Of a stretch of 64,000 nucleotides of DNA, positions 31,467 through 42,923 are shown piece after piece. Below the pieces are notes generated by a model. The model did no database searches and was not told the origin of the DNA. It saw only the letters and a list, made by a program, of their open reading frames with translations. The stretch covers positions 142,253 through 206,252 of the forward strand of contig CAVOXA010000006.1 of the NCBI GenBank assembly GCA_963700285.1, in the 5' to 3' direction. Both the position numbers and the translations under genes were made by a program. The DNA comes from an uncultured Chloroflexia bacterium. Its GTDB lineage: Bacteria > Chloroflexota > Anaerolineae > JAAYZQ01. The first letter of the stretch is position 1. Every line of letters starts with the position of its first letter.

Positions 31467-32291
31467 TCATGGACCAGGCCGGAGCAGGGAATCTTGGCTC
31501 CCTTCGCCGAACAGGTCACGCTGTCGAAAGCGGGCGGTCAGAAAGCGGCCCATAATCTTGGAACGGCTCAGCCAGGCGATGCGCGCCCCGTTCTTGTCGT
31601 TGGCCAGCACCTGCTCGACCAGCCAGGGCGCGACCGTCTCGACCCGGTCGGCCAAGATGCTAAAGATTTTTTTGGCGTCCTCCCAGTCCTCCTGGCGATC
31701 CCGGTACTGGTCGGTGATAAGACCGGTGATGAGCATGCCCGGCGCGATGGCGCCGACAATCAAGCCGCTGCCCTCCACCTCCTTGGCCAGCGACTCGTCC
31801 AGGTAGCGGAGCGCGTACTTGGTCGTGGCATAGAGCGTCAAGCCCTCGACCCAACGCCCATCGCTCCCCAGCCCCTCCATGTTGTACACGGCGCCAGAGC
31901 CCTGGCCCCTCATCCCTCGCAGGGCCACCTGGCAGCCGTACATGGTCCCCACCAAGTTGGTATCAACCACAGCCTCTGTCGCTCCGGGTGTGTGGTTCCA
32001 GAAGTCCATTTGCGGCTGGCTGATACCGGCGTTGTTGATCCAGATATCGACCCGGCCAAAGCGCGCCACCGCCGCGTCCCACAGCGCCTGCACCTGGGCA
32101 AAGACGGTCACGTCGCAGGGCTGGCCGGACACGCGGGAGGCCCCGTGCAGTTCCGCCAGTTCGCCTGCGACCTCGTCGACGCTCTCCCGAACGCGCCCAC
32201 TGACCATCACCGCGCAGCCATTGGCCAAAAACGAAGCAGCCAACCCCCGGCCAATGCCACGCGTGCTGCCCGTTATGACAACTATCTTCAT
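31467..32291 (-). CDS. Short-chain dehydrogenase/reductase
   Basis: VITGSTRGIG, WINNAG, YATTK catalytic motif. Confidence 0.9.
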   Translation of the reverse strand: MKIVVITGSTRGIGRGLAASFLANGCAVMVSGRVRESVDEVAGELAELHGASRVSGQPCDVTVFAQVQALWDAAVARFGRVDIWINNAGISQPQMDFWNHTPGATEAVVDTNLVGTMYGCQVALRGMRGQGSGAVYNMEGLGSDGRWVEGLTLYATTKYALRYLDESLAKEVEGSGLIVGAIAPGMLITGLITDQYRDRQEDWEDAKKIFSILADRVETVAPWLVEQVLANDKNGARIAWLSRSKIMGRFLTARFRQRDLFGEGSQDSLLRPGP

Positions 32292-32367
32292 GAACCCTCC
32301 CCAACGAGATCCGCGATCTAGGCTTCCTGGACTTCCAAAGTCTTCTGAGACTTCGGAAGTCCCCCCC

Positions 32368-33265
32368 TCAATCCAAATACAGCCTTGCCAGCCCTCCATA
32401 GGCGTCCACCCTTCTGTCACGGAAGGGGAAGGACCAACCATTTCTCATTTCGCTGACCTGGTCCAGGTCGATCTGGCAGACAAGCACTTCCTCCTGATCT
32501 GGCGCGGCCTGGGCCACCACCCGGCCAAAGGGATCGGCCACAAAGCTCTGTCCCCAGAAGTTGATGCCGTCCACACCATTGGGGCTCTGTTCCACACCAA
32601 CGCGGTTGACAGCCGCATAGAAGCAGGCATTGGCCACCGCGTGTCCGAACTGGACCGTCTGCCAGGCGTGGCTGTAGCCGGAATCGCGCATCGCCACGTC
32701 CTCTGGCAGCTTGTGACCGATGGCCGTTGGCACCAAGATCAGCTCAGCGCCGGCCAGGGCCAGGAGCCGGGCCGATTCGGGAAACCACTGATCCCAACAG
32801 ATCAGAACGCCGATAGCGGCAAACTTGGTCCGGAATACCCGAAACCCCAGGTCGCCGGGCGTAAAATAGAACTTTTCATAGTATCCCGGATCATCGGGGA
32901 TGTGCATCTTGCGGTACTTGCCGAGATAGCTGCCATCGGCGTCAAAGACGGCGGCAACATTGTGGTACAAGACCCATCGCCCGCTTCTCGAACAGACCGG
33001 CCACCAGAACCACCCCAAGCTCCGCCGCCAGGAGCCCCAGATCGCGCATGGTTCCTTTGCTCGCGTCCAGCTCTTCGGCCAGGCCGAAGCGCGTGTGGTC
33101 TTCGACCTGTGGAAAATACCTGGACTTGAACAGCTCCTGCAGGCAGATGATGTTGGCCCCCTGGGCCGCCGCCTGCCGGACATGCCCTATTGCTTTGTCA
33201 TCGTTCTCGGCGACGTCGTCGCCGCAGCTCATCTGAACCAGGCCAAGTTTTACCTCTTTCACCAT
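32368..33265 (-). CDS. aguB: N-carbamoylputrescine amidase, copy 2 (frameshift at ~32980)
   Basis: IICLQELF, YRKMHIPDDPGYYEKFYFTPGD, LICWDQWFPE. Confidence 0.85.
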
Positions 33266-33328
33266 GACAAACTCCTCTCACTCCAGCCCGGAGGTCTTCC
33301 GAAACCTCCGAGGTCGGGGTGTTGGCGC

Positions 33329-34789
33329 TCAGCTTGCGATCCCTCGGGCTTGACGTTCGGCGGCGGCGAGCAAACGATCGAGCTCGGCCAGAACCGGATC
33401 CGGCAGTGGCTGGGGCCGGTGCGTATCATAGATGCGCTTGAACTCCTCCAGGGCCACCTCACGCGGGTCGCGTACCGCGTTGTCCGCCGCCCGCTGGCGC
33501 AGGATGCGGGACAGGCGAAAGTCGCGGATGTGCTGGCGGGTATGGCGCTGCCTCAGAAAATGGCTGCCCGGTCCCACGTCGGCGATTACGTCCAGGGCCA
33601 TGTCCGCCTCGTCGAACTCGAAGGCATGCAGCACCTCGTAGGCATGCAGGCAGACCTCGTGCTCCAGGATCAGTTGTTCCGGATAGAGTATCATCGAGCC
33701 GCCCACCAGACCGAGGTAACCACAGACCTCGCCGCCGTAGGCCGAAGTCAGGGCCGAGCCAAAACCGGCATCCACGCCCGACTCCCAGCCGACGTGATCC
33801 GCGTCGCTGGACACGCTGCTTCCGCCCAGGCTGGGCACCCCCCAGGCGTGGGCCATTTCTACGGCCATTTTCGACACGGGTGCCGGGCCATGGCTGATAT
33901 AGCCGCCCGTCCGCGGGTCCATCAGCGAAACGAGGACCGAATGAAAGACCGGCGCACCGGGGAAGGCCAGTTGGATCAGAACCATGCCGCTGACCACCTC
34001 CGCGTCGCCCTGAACCAGGGCGCCCAATACTGTCGCCGGGGCCGTGGAGCCCATGGTGGTCATGGCCATAAAGCTCATTGGGATGCCAGCCTCGGCATAG
34101 ACCAGCGCCGTGTCGATGCTGTGCCCGTCCTGGGCCAGGGGCGCGATGGTACAAAAGTTGGCGCAGATGGGAGAGCGTCGCCGCAGTTCTGCCGCCCCCC
34201 CTGCCACGGTGGTGGCCATATCGACCACGTAGGGTGCCAGCTCGGGGTAGACCGTCATCCCGCCACGCACATGCTTGAGGGTGTTCGTCAACCCGGCATG
34301 GCATTGGTGCAGCGGCGCCGTGAGGCCATAGTCCTGGGCGCTGACCGGCGGCCAAAAGAAGCCAATGAGCGGCAGCGCGTCGGAAACTCGGGCCATCATG
34401 GCCACGTCCTCCTTACGCGAGGGGCGCATCTGGCGGGTCTCCAGGTCCACCACGTGCACGCCGGTCCCGTCCGTGCAGAGGTATGAGCGCGCGCCATCCA
34501 GGACCAGGTCCAGGCGCTCTTCCCGCCCGCCCAGCGTGAAAGAGCGGGGGGCCGCGGACATGGCCCTGAGTACCAGGTCCGGCGGCAAACGCACAATCTG
34601 GGTCCCGTGGTCCACCCTTGCCCCGTGATCGGCAAAGATGGCCAGGGCCCTGCGTGACGGAAAGTGGACCCCCACCTCGTCCAGCAACTGCAGCGTGCCG
34701 CCCTTGAGCGTCGCAAGCTGCGCCGGTGTCAGGAACTCTTGCTTGAGGGTCGTGGGAAAAGGTATGATATCAGGCGTAATGCTATGCAT
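33329..34789 (-). CDS. MttB-superfamily methyltransferase 4, non-Pyl
   Basis: LLDEVGV, TDGTG, FFWPPVSA, CTIAPL, MGSTAPATV, VGPGSHFL. Confidence 0.92.
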   Translation of the reverse strand: MHSITPDIIPFPTTLKQEFLTPAQLATLKGGTLQLLDEVGVHFPSRRALAIFADHGARVDHGTQIVRLPPDLVLRAMSAAPRSFTLGGREERLDLVLDGARSYLCTDGTGVHVVDLETRQMRPSRKEDVAMMARVSDALPLIGFFWPPVSAQDYGLTAPLHQCHAGLTNTLKHVRGGMTVYPELAPYVVDMATTVAGGAAELRRRSPICANFCTIAPLAQDGHSIDTALVYAEAGIPMSFMAMTTMGSTAPATVLGALVQGDAEVVSGMVLIQLAFPGAPVFHSVLVSLMDPRTGGYISHGPAPVSKMAVEMAHAWGVPSLGGSSVSSDADHVGWESGVDAGFGSALTSAYGGEVCGYLGLVGGSMILYPEQLILEHEVCLHAYEVLHAFEFDEADMALDVIADVGPGSHFLRQRHTRQHIRDFRLSRILRQRAADNAVRDPREVALEEFKRIYDTHRPQPLPDPVLAELDRLLAAAERQARGIAS

Positions 34790-34854
34790 AGATCTCCTGG
34801 CTCCTTGCTCGCGATAATGGACAAAGGTCTCCTGACCGAGCCCAAGGCGTGCGG

Positions 34855-35937
34855 CTATCGAACCGCGGGTTGCTGCTGGGTGACACAGTGCATCATGCCC
34901 CCCAGTTCGGCCACCACCTGCACAGGGATACTAACGATCTCCCGGCCCGGGTAGTGCTCGGCGATGATGCCCTTTGCCACCGCATCGTTGGCATCGCCAT
35001 AGACCGGCACCAGGACTACCCCGTTGGCCACGTAATAGTTGGCATAGACCGCCACCGCAAGTTTGGACAAAAAAGGTGGCCTCGTAGCTGGGTCCTCGGT
35101 CGAGTACAGCATCTTGTCCGGGATGGGCAGCGGAATCACCGTGAGCGATTTGCCCGATTCCGTCGTCGCGGCTTCAAGCTCGTGGCGGTGGCGCTCCAGG
35201 TAGGAAAAGGCCGGGTTGGCCCTGTCTGGCGTCCAACTATGCAGCACCGTGGCGTCGCCCACAAAACGCGTGTCACCGTCGACGTGCAGGTCGGTATCAT
35301 CCCCGATATAGTCGCAGTACTCACGTCCCGCGCCCGTGAGCCAGATGATCTGCTGCAATCCCAGATAGGCCTTCATCGCCGCTTCGACCTCGTCCTGGCC
35401 TACCCCCCGATTCCGGTTGTCGTTGAGGATGGAGCTGCGCGTGGCGATGAGCGTCCCCTGGCCGTTGACCTCGATGCCACCGCCCTCCAGCGTGATGGGC
35501 GCCTGGTAGAATGGGACCCCCAGCAGTTCCGAGATCCTGGCCGGGACCATCCGGTCCACCTTGTAGGGATAGCGCTGGCCCCACCCGTTAAAGTTCCAGC
35601 CCGTGACGGCCAGGTTGCCCTGGCCATCCACCACAAAGATGGGACCGTTGTCCCTGGCCCAGACGTCGTCGGTGGGGATGAGCTGCAGGTCAATGTTGCC
35701 AAGGTCAAAGCCATAGTAGGCCAGGAGGTGCTGGACGTGCTCGGCCCGGCGCTCGTCCTGGACGGCAATGTGCAGCACCTCGTGCTGGTGCAGCGGCATG
35801 GCCATGGCCAGCCAGAAATGCTCGATGCGCATCTGGTGGTCGGGAAAGGTATCGTCGTGGGGCCATTGGAGCCACGTCCCTTCGTGCTCTTCCCACTCGG
35901 CGGGCATGTGGAATCCGTCTTCGACTGGTGATGTCAT
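34855..35937 (-). CDS. aguA: Agmatine deiminase family protein
   Basis: MPAEWEEH, WARDNGP, FNGWG, LEGGGIEVNG, DTDLHVD, catalytic GGMMHCVTQQQP. Confidence 0.9.
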   Translation of the reverse strand: MTSPVEDGFHMPAEWEEHEGTWLQWPHDDTFPDHQMRIEHFWLAMAMPLHQHEVLHIAVQDERRAEHVQHLLAYYGFDLGNIDLQLIPTDDVWARDNGPIFVVDGQGNLAVTGWNFNGWGQRYPYKVDRMVPARISELLGVPFYQAPITLEGGGIEVNGQGTLIATRSSILNDNRNRGVGQDEVEAAMKAYLGLQQIIWLTGAGREYCDYIGDDTDLHVDGDTRFVGDATVLHSWTPDRANPAFSYLERHRHELEAATTESGKSLTVIPLPIPDKMLYSTEDPATRPPFLSKLAVAVYANYYVANGVVLVPVYGDANDAVAKGIIAEHYPGREIVSIPVQVVAELGGMMHCVTQQQPAVR

Positions 35938-35992
35938 GGTACGGCCTCGTTCTCCAGGCCAGACTTCCGAAGTTTCGGAAAGCTTCGGAAGG

Positions 35993-37387
35993 CTAGTGCA
36001 TTAGCGCTCGATCCGCGGCGGCGACGATGGATGCGACCTTGGCAGCGGCTCCGGCGGGCAGGGCGGGCGGCTGGTGGTTGTGCAGGATGTCCAGGGCCTC
36101 TTGGTGGACGGTTTCCAGCAGTGAGTCGTGTACGGCCGGCCAGACGGGCACATACTCTTGCCGGGTGAAGGCACGCGTCTCCCGCTGCCCCAGGTAGTGC
36201 CCGCCGATGCCCACCCGCTCGATCAGATCCGCCTGCAGGTGCTCCTCGTCCACCAGGATGGGCCGGACCATCAGGTCGATCTGGCGGGCCAGATGGTTGT
36301 CCAGCACCATCTTGTCCAGGGAAAGGATCTGGGCGCTGCCCAGCAGGCCCATGCTATAGATTTCGTCGGCGCCCGCCAGCCGGGCCAGCAGGCCCTGCAC
36401 CGTGGCTTCGTAGCCATACAGCGCGTCCAGGCTCTCCGACTGCGGTCGACAGGCCCCACAGATTGACCGGCAGATGGTAGAAGCGGGCCAGATCACACAG
36501 CGCCAGCCTCATGCCGTGCCCGTCGGCGCTGCCCCCAAAGCGGCCGGTCTGCATGTCCAACTGCGAGGCGCCGGTGCCATAGATGATGGGCGTGCCGGGA
36601 TTGACCACCTGATACAGGACCAGCCCGCTGAGGAACTCGACGTTGTGCAGCAGGATCGTGCCGGCCAGCGTCACCGGCGAGGTGCCGCCCGCCAGCGGCA
36701 TGGGATAGACCATGATCGGCACGCCCAGCCGGGCCAGCTCGATGCAGGCTTCGGTCATCGGCCCATCGTGCATCAGCGGCGAGATGGTGCAGTCGACCAC
36801 CGAAAAGATGGGGCGAAACTCGTCCGCCGCGGTGACGGCCTTGACCATCTCGACCAGAAAGGGCACTTCGCCGGCGTGCAATACGCCGGTGCGGACGTGC
36901 TTGCTGGTCTGGGAAAAGGCCAGGGCAAAGTGCTGGATGGTACGCAGGTGGGCGGGCACGTCGCGTAGCGGCCGACCATCACGTTGACGATCTCGATCTG
37001 GTCCAGGGCATCGGCAAAGAGCAGGCCGCGCCGCAGATCCTCGGCCGTCAGAATCGCGCCGCTCGCCGCTCTCCAGGTCGATGGCCTCGGTGCCCTGGCT
37101 GTCGCAGGTGTGGTGCGAGCGGCGGCCGTCCAGCACCACGTCGCGGGCCGGGTCGCGGGCGCAGAGCCGCACGACGCGCGGCGCCTGCTCCAGGGCCCAC
37201 TCGACCAGGTCCCGCGGCAGGCTGGCCCAGGTACGCTCATAGTCCACCGGGCAGCCGGCCTCCTCGAGCACGTCCAGCGCCCGCGGCGTCTTGAAATCGA
37301 TCCCCACCCGCTCCAGCAGGTCCAGGCTCTGTTCGTGGATCTCTCGATATCATCCTGCGCAAGCGCAGGCTCAAGCGTCAGTGACAT
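35993..37387 (-). CDS. MttB-superfamily methyltransferase 5, non-Pyl (frameshifted)
   Basis: CTISPLMHD, LAGGTSPVTLAG, PGTPIIYG, VGIGGHYL across frames. Confidence 0.85.
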
Positions 37388-37480
37388 GCGTCCTCTTGTT
37401 CACAAATTGCCAGGTCGCGGACCTGGCTCGAGCGGCGAAAGGTTAAGGTTGAGTTGCAGGTCCTGGCCCTTCCCTAGGCC

Positions 37481-38943
37481 TTAGCCTCTCTCCAATTCGC
37501 CATCGGCGGCGGCGAGGATCCTGGTCAGCTCGGCCCGCTTGGCTTCTTCCAGCGGCTCCGGCCGGTAGTTCTCCAGGATCCAGGCCACCTTCTCGCGGGC
37601 CACATCCAGCGGATCGCGGTAGTTGCCGGCCGTCGTCCCGGTTGTGGGTGATGGCCGGCACCATGGCCGTGCGCATGTGCTTGCGGGTGTGCTTCTGGCG
37701 CAGGAAATGGCCGCCAGGCCCCACGGCCGCGATGGCGTCCAGGGCCAGGGTCTCGGGACTGACCTCCATGGCCGACAGCGCGTACCGCGCCCGGTGGTAT
37801 AGGTCGTCGTCCAGGATGATGGCCTCGGGGTAGAGCAGAGTAAAGGTCCGGTTCAGCCCCATGCCGGTCACCCACTCGGCCCCGGCCAGCCCGATCAGGA
37901 GCGGGTCCAGCGCCACATCGGCGGCCGCCTGCCAGGTGCCCGGCACGGGGCTTTCGGTGCCAAAGGCGCCGCCAAAGGAGGACATGCCCCAGTGGTGGGC
38001 CATGGTCACCGACGCATAGCGGCAGCGGGCATCCAGGGGATAGGGCACATACTCGCCGGTGCGCGGGTCGGCCCAGGCGTGCATGACCGAGTGGGACACC
38101 GGCGCGCCGGGGCTGGCCAGTTGCAGCAGCACGGTACCGCTGATGATCTCGGCGTCGGCCACGGCCAGCGCCCCGGCCAGGGTGGCCGGGGCGGTGGTGC
38201 CCAACGTGGGCATGGCCAGGAATACCGACCGGGATGCCAGCCTCGGCCAGGACCAGCGCGCCCTCGATGCCCTCCTTGTCCTGAACCAGCGGGGCGATGG
38301 TACACAGCACCAGCGAAAAGAGGGGGCGCCGGCGCAGCTCCTCGCGGCTGCCGGCCATCACCGTCGCCATCTCGACGGCGTAGCGGGCGGGCGCCTCACC
38401 CATCAGCGTCTCAGCTCTGGACGTGCTTGACGGTATTGTTCCACGAGGCGTCCAGTTCGTGGAGCGGCGCGGTCTCGCCATAGTCCTGGGCGCTGACCAT
38501 GGGCCAGTAGAAGGCCATGGACGACAAATAGTCAGCCACGCGGGCCATATGGCCCACGTCCGCCTTGCACGAGGGGCGGAGCTGGCGCGTCTCGGCGTCG
38601 ATGGTCTCCACGCCACAGCCGTCGGTGGTAAAGTAGGTGACGCCCTCTTGCAAGGTGAAAATCGCAGGCCGGATCGCGGGCTCCCACGTCAAAATAGCGG
38701 GGCACGGTGGACATGGCCTTGAACACCAGGTCCCTGGGAATCCTGACGATCTGGCTCTGCTGGTCCACCTGGGCGCCGTGGTCGGCAAAGATGGCCAGCG
38801 CCTTTTCCGAAGGGAACTTGACGCCCACCGTCTCCAGGATCTGGAGCGTGGCCTCCTGCATGTCGGTCCAGTTGCGGATCGCTCAGGTACTGGACGCGAA
38901 AAGCGGAACGGATAGGCTCGATTGCGGGTCGTTCGGTGGTCAT
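37481..38943 (-). CDS. MttB-superfamily methyltransferase 6, non-Pyl (frameshifted)
   Basis: QILETVGV, TDGCG, FYWPMVSAQD, CTIAPL, TAPATLAG, VGPGGHFL. Confidence 0.85.
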
Positions 38944-39028
38944 GGGTATTCTTCCCTTTCCGGTATCAGGCATTGGAGGCAACGAACCGTTCGGTCCGTT
39001 GAAAACCTCCGAGGTCTTGTTCTAATGC

Positions 39029-39978
39029 TCAAGTGGTCCTGGGCTCTCCGGCCCCCTCCAGGACCTTGTAGGGGTCAAAGGCGTCGCGGAGCCCATCGCC
39101 GATATAGTTGATGGAGATGATGGTCAGAAAAATCATCAGTCCCGGGAAAATGGCCAGCCACGGGTGCTTGAGCATGTGCTCCAGCGCGTTGCTAAGCAGG
39201 TTGCCCCAACTCGGCGTGGGAGGCTGGATGCCAAAACCCAGAAAAGAGAGGCCCGCCTCCTCCATGATGGCGTATCCCATCTCCAGCGTGGCCTCGACGA
39301 TGATGGGACCAATGGCCATGGGCAGGATGTGGCGGCTCATGATGCGCAGGTTGCCCGCCCCCACACAGTTGGCCGCGGTCACAAACTCCTTCTCGCGGAT
39401 CGTCAGGTAGGTGGCCCGTACCAGGCGCGCGACCGACATCCAGGAGAGGATGCCGATGACCAGGGCAATGGTCAGCACGTTGTTGTTTTCGAACAAGGGC
39501 ACCTCGACCTCGCGCAGGATCGCGCTGAGCAGGATAAGCACCAGGAGCGACGGCAGGGCCAGCATGGCATCGGTGATGCGCATCAGCACATTGTCGATCC
39601 AGCCCCCAAAATAGCCTGCCACCGACCCCAATGGGGATGCCAATGACCATGGTGATCATCACCACCAGAAAGCCAACCGTCAGGGAGACCCGCCCACCAT
39701 AGAGGCAGCGGGTCAGCAGGTCGCGGCCCAATTGATCGGTACCAAAGGGATGCTGCAGGGAGGGTGGCTGCAGCGTCTCCGACATGTTGGACGCCACGGG
39801 GCTATAGGGTGACAAGGGAGCCAGGAGAACAGCCAGCAGGATGAGTCCCAGAATGATCATGCCGGCGATGGCGCCGGGATGGCGCCGGAAGCGGCGCCAG
39901 ACCAGGCTGGTCATGGTCTCGTGCTCCCGCGCAATGTCTTCCCACTGGGCAACTTTTGGTTCTGCTGGTGTCGGTCAT
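39029..39978 (-). CDS. Opp/Dpp ABC permease, OppC/DppC-type (frameshifted)
   Basis: [47 protein letters not shown]. Confidence 0.9.
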
Positions 39979-39991
39979 GATTGGCCCCTGA

Positions 39992-41029
39992 CTAACTGTA
40001 GCGGACCCGCGGGTCCAAGAGCCCGTAGGCAATGTCGGCCAACAGGTTGGCCGAGACGGTGAAAACGGAGGCAATGATCAGAATAGCCATCAACAAGGGA
40101 TAGTCCCGCCCCGTCGCGGCCTGGTAGTAGAGGCGGCCCATCCCCGGCCAGGAGAACATCAGTTCGACGTACAGCGAGCCGGCAAAGATATAGGGGATGT
40201 CCAGGGCAAAGATGGTCACCAAGGGGATCAGGGCATTCTTGAGCGCGTGCCTGAACATCACCGCCCTTTCCGAAAAGCCCTTGGCCCGCGCCGTGCGGAT
40301 ATAGTCCTGGTGGATCACGTCCAGCATGCCGGCTCGCAAGAAGCGCGAATACCAGGCTACCCAGCCCACGGCGCCCATCGTCACGGGCAGGATCAGGTAC
40401 TTGAGCCGGTCCCGGATGGAAAAGCCAGCCCCCAGCGTTTTCATGCCCCCGGCGGGCAGCAGCGGTTCGCCGGTGACAGGGTTGTTGAGCAGGGAATAGA
40501 AAACGATGATCAGGATCATGCCCAGCCAGAATTCGGGGATCGCTTGGCCCATGAAAGACAGGGTGGTTACGGTGATGTCAAATAGGGAGTACTGTTTGAC
40601 GGCGGAGAGGACGCCGATAGGGATGGCAATGATAAAAACGATGACCAGGGTGATGCTCATCAAGTAGACGGTGTTGCCCAGGCGGTCCAGGATCTCGTCT
40701 AGCACCGGCTTGCGCGTCTTGTAGGAGAAGCCAAAATCACCCCGCAGGATGCCCTTGCGCTCGCCGCGGCTCTCGGTGATCCCATCGCCATCGGCGTCGA
40801 TCTTCATCCAGTCGTTGCCGATGAGCCAGACCACGTACTGGACGGGAAGGGATTGGTCCAGGCCAAGCTGGCGCCTGAGTCTCTCGCGCACCTGAGGCCT
40901 GGGACGCTGCCCGCTCATTGCCGCCACCGGATCTCCCGGGGCAACGCTGACCAACACGAACAGCCCCACACTCAGCAGCAGCAACATTGGAATGGCTTGA
41001 AGCAAGCGTCTAGCTATGTAGCGGCCCAC
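39992..41029 (-). CDS. Opp/Dpp ABC permease, OppB/DppB-type
   Basis: YIARRLLQAIP, APGDP, GDFGFS, QDYIRTARAKG, FSWPGMG, LDPRVRY. Confidence 0.93.
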   Translation of the reverse strand: MGRYIARRLLQAIPMLLLLSVGLFVLVSVAPGDPVAAMSGQRPRPQVRERLRRQLGLDQSLPVQYVVWLIGNDWMKIDADGDGITESRGERKGILRGDFGFSYKTRKPVLDEILDRLGNTVYLMSITLVIVFIIAIPIGVLSAVKQYSLFDITVTTLSFMGQAIPEFWLGMILIIVFYSLLNNPVTGEPLLPAGGMKTLGAGFSIRDRLKYLILPVTMGAVGWVAWYSRFLRAGMLDVIHQDYIRTARAKGFSERAVMFRHALKNALIPLVTIFALDIPYIFAGSLYVELMFSWPGMGRLYYQAATGRDYPLLMAILIIASVFTVSANLLADIAYGLLDPRVRYS

Positions 41030-41320
41030 GTTGCCCACCCTCCTCGAAAACCTTCAGTGCAGCAGGCATTCTCACCAGTCCTTGCCTCCCTCGCTCGAGA
41101 TCGTGCGAAAGAGCTCGTGCTGGACCCGATCCCCGCACTTTGGGGACACAGCCCAGCACCTGCGCGCACAGACCGGCGGACTGTGGTCCGCCTGGAGCTG
41201 TTTGGCAAGTTTTGACACAGTCTTGCTCCTGGCAGTTCCGACCCAACAGACGCCGGCCCCTTCCAGGTATCGTACCATCTCCGACGACCGGTTTCGGAAA
41301 ATCTGTCAGGTCTGGTCTTG

Positions 41321-42748
41321 TCACAACGACGGGCGCCAGGTCGGATCGCCGAACCAGGGACGGACGCGCTCCAACGCCGCGGCCACCCGGAACACACGCT
41401 CATCGTCATAGGTGGGTCCCACGATCTGCACCCCGGTCGGCAGCCCACCACTGGCCAGCCCCGAGGGCACGGCCAGCACCGGACAGCGGCTGGCTATGTT
41501 AAAGGGAATGGTCAGAATCGTATCAAAGTAGTCATCCAGCACCACACCGTCGACCATGACCTTGGTCTCCACATAGTCGTCACCGGCCAGCAGCGCCGGG
41601 ATTCCCGCTGTCGGGCAGATCAGGGCGTCGTAGCGTTCCAGGATCTGACCCAGCTCGGCATAAAGCCGGCCCTCGATCTCCAGGCCCTCCAGGAAGCTGA
41701 TCTCGCGACTGGCCGCCTCAGCGCCGTCGATAAAGGCCCGGGTATAGGGCATGAGCAGATCCGTGTGTTCACCCGAGCTGTCCCCACTCGCGGCCGCAAA
41801 GATGGCGCCATAGTGGGCCCAGCTCGCCCGGGAGATGTCCGCGCGCTTCCAGGAAAACTCGACCTCCTCGACCACGGCGCCCGCCTCGCAAAGCGCCTCG
41901 GCTGCGGCCCGGGTATTGGACTCGACCTCCGCCCCAATGGCATAGTCGCCCAGGTGGATGGACAGCGCTATCTTGCTCCCGTCAATGCCACCCAGCTCCT
42001 GCGGGATCCGCACCGCCGGGCGCAGCGAGACCACGTCCAGGGGATGAGGCCCTGCGATCACATTCTGCAGCAGTGCGCAGTCGGCTACCGTTCGAGCCAG
42101 CGGCCCGTCGTGGCAATAGTGGTCCAGGTTAAAGGGCGGCAGGGCCGGCACCCGGCCGTAGGGCGGCTTGAAACCCACCACCCCACTGAAGGATGCCGGG
42201 ATGCGGATCGAGCCGCCGATGTCCGAGCCGGTGGCCAGGACCGCCGTTCCGGCCGCCAGTGCGGCCCCCGAGCCCCCCGAAGACCCTCCGGGAGAGTATT
42301 CCAGGTTCCACGGATTGCGGGTCACGCCCCACAGCCTGGTGTGGGTAAAGCCGGCGCAGCAGAACTCGGGCGTGGTCGTGCGGGCATGGACGATGCCGCC
42401 AGCAGCGACGATCCGTTCGACGATGGGGTGCGTGATTTCGGCCACGTTGTCCTTGTACAGCAGCGAGCCCTCAGTCGCGGTATGCCCGGCGATGGGATGT
42501 TCCTCCTTGATCGCGACGGGCAGGCCTTCCAGCGCCCGGGGAGGCGCGCCGCTCCCGGCATAGCGGGCCTCCGCGGCGCGGGCCTGCTCCAGCGCCTCAT
42601 CGAACAGCCGCTCGGCGAAGGCATTGATCTTGGGCTCGACAGCTTCGGCCCGCTCAATCACCGCTACCATCAGCTCGACGGGCGACAACTGGCGCGCGCG
42701 AAACAGCCGCAGTAGTTCCGTCGCCGGTAGATAGATCAAATCCTGCAT
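41321..42748 (-). CDS. Amidase-signature family amidase
   Basis: GLPVAIKE, PGGSSGGS, GSDIGGSIRIPAS, GLPTGVQIVG. Confidence 0.92.
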   Translation of the reverse strand: MQDLIYLPATELLRLFRARQLSPVELMVAVIERAEAVEPKINAFAERLFDEALEQARAAEARYAGSGAPPRALEGLPVAIKEEHPIAGHTATEGSLLYKDNVAEITHPIVERIVAAGGIVHARTTTPEFCCAGFTHTRLWGVTRNPWNLEYSPGGSSGGSGAALAAGTAVLATGSDIGGSIRIPASFSGVVGFKPPYGRVPALPPFNLDHYCHDGPLARTVADCALLQNVIAGPHPLDVVSLRPAVRIPQELGGIDGSKIALSIHLGDYAIGAEVESNTRAAAEALCEAGAVVEEVEFSWKRADISRASWAHYGAIFAAASGDSSGEHTDLLMPYTRAFIDGAEAASREISFLEGLEIEGRLYAELGQILERYDALICPTAGIPALLAGDDYVETKVMVDGVVLDDYFDTILTIPFNIASRCPVLAVPSGLASGGLPTGVQIVGPTYDDERVFRVAAALERVRPWFGDPTWRPSL

Positions 42749-42923
42749 GAGCATCCTCCTCGGGCCGCCAGGCTCACGGGCCCGATTCCTTTTCCGCAGG
42801 CCGCAGGATCCTCGCGGCTTCGGCTTTCTGTTGAACCTCCGGTGGCAGGACAGACTTCCAAAGCCAGGGACGAACCTCAGGTTCACGACTTTGGAAGTCT
42901 GGTTGCCGGCGATTCACAGGCGG

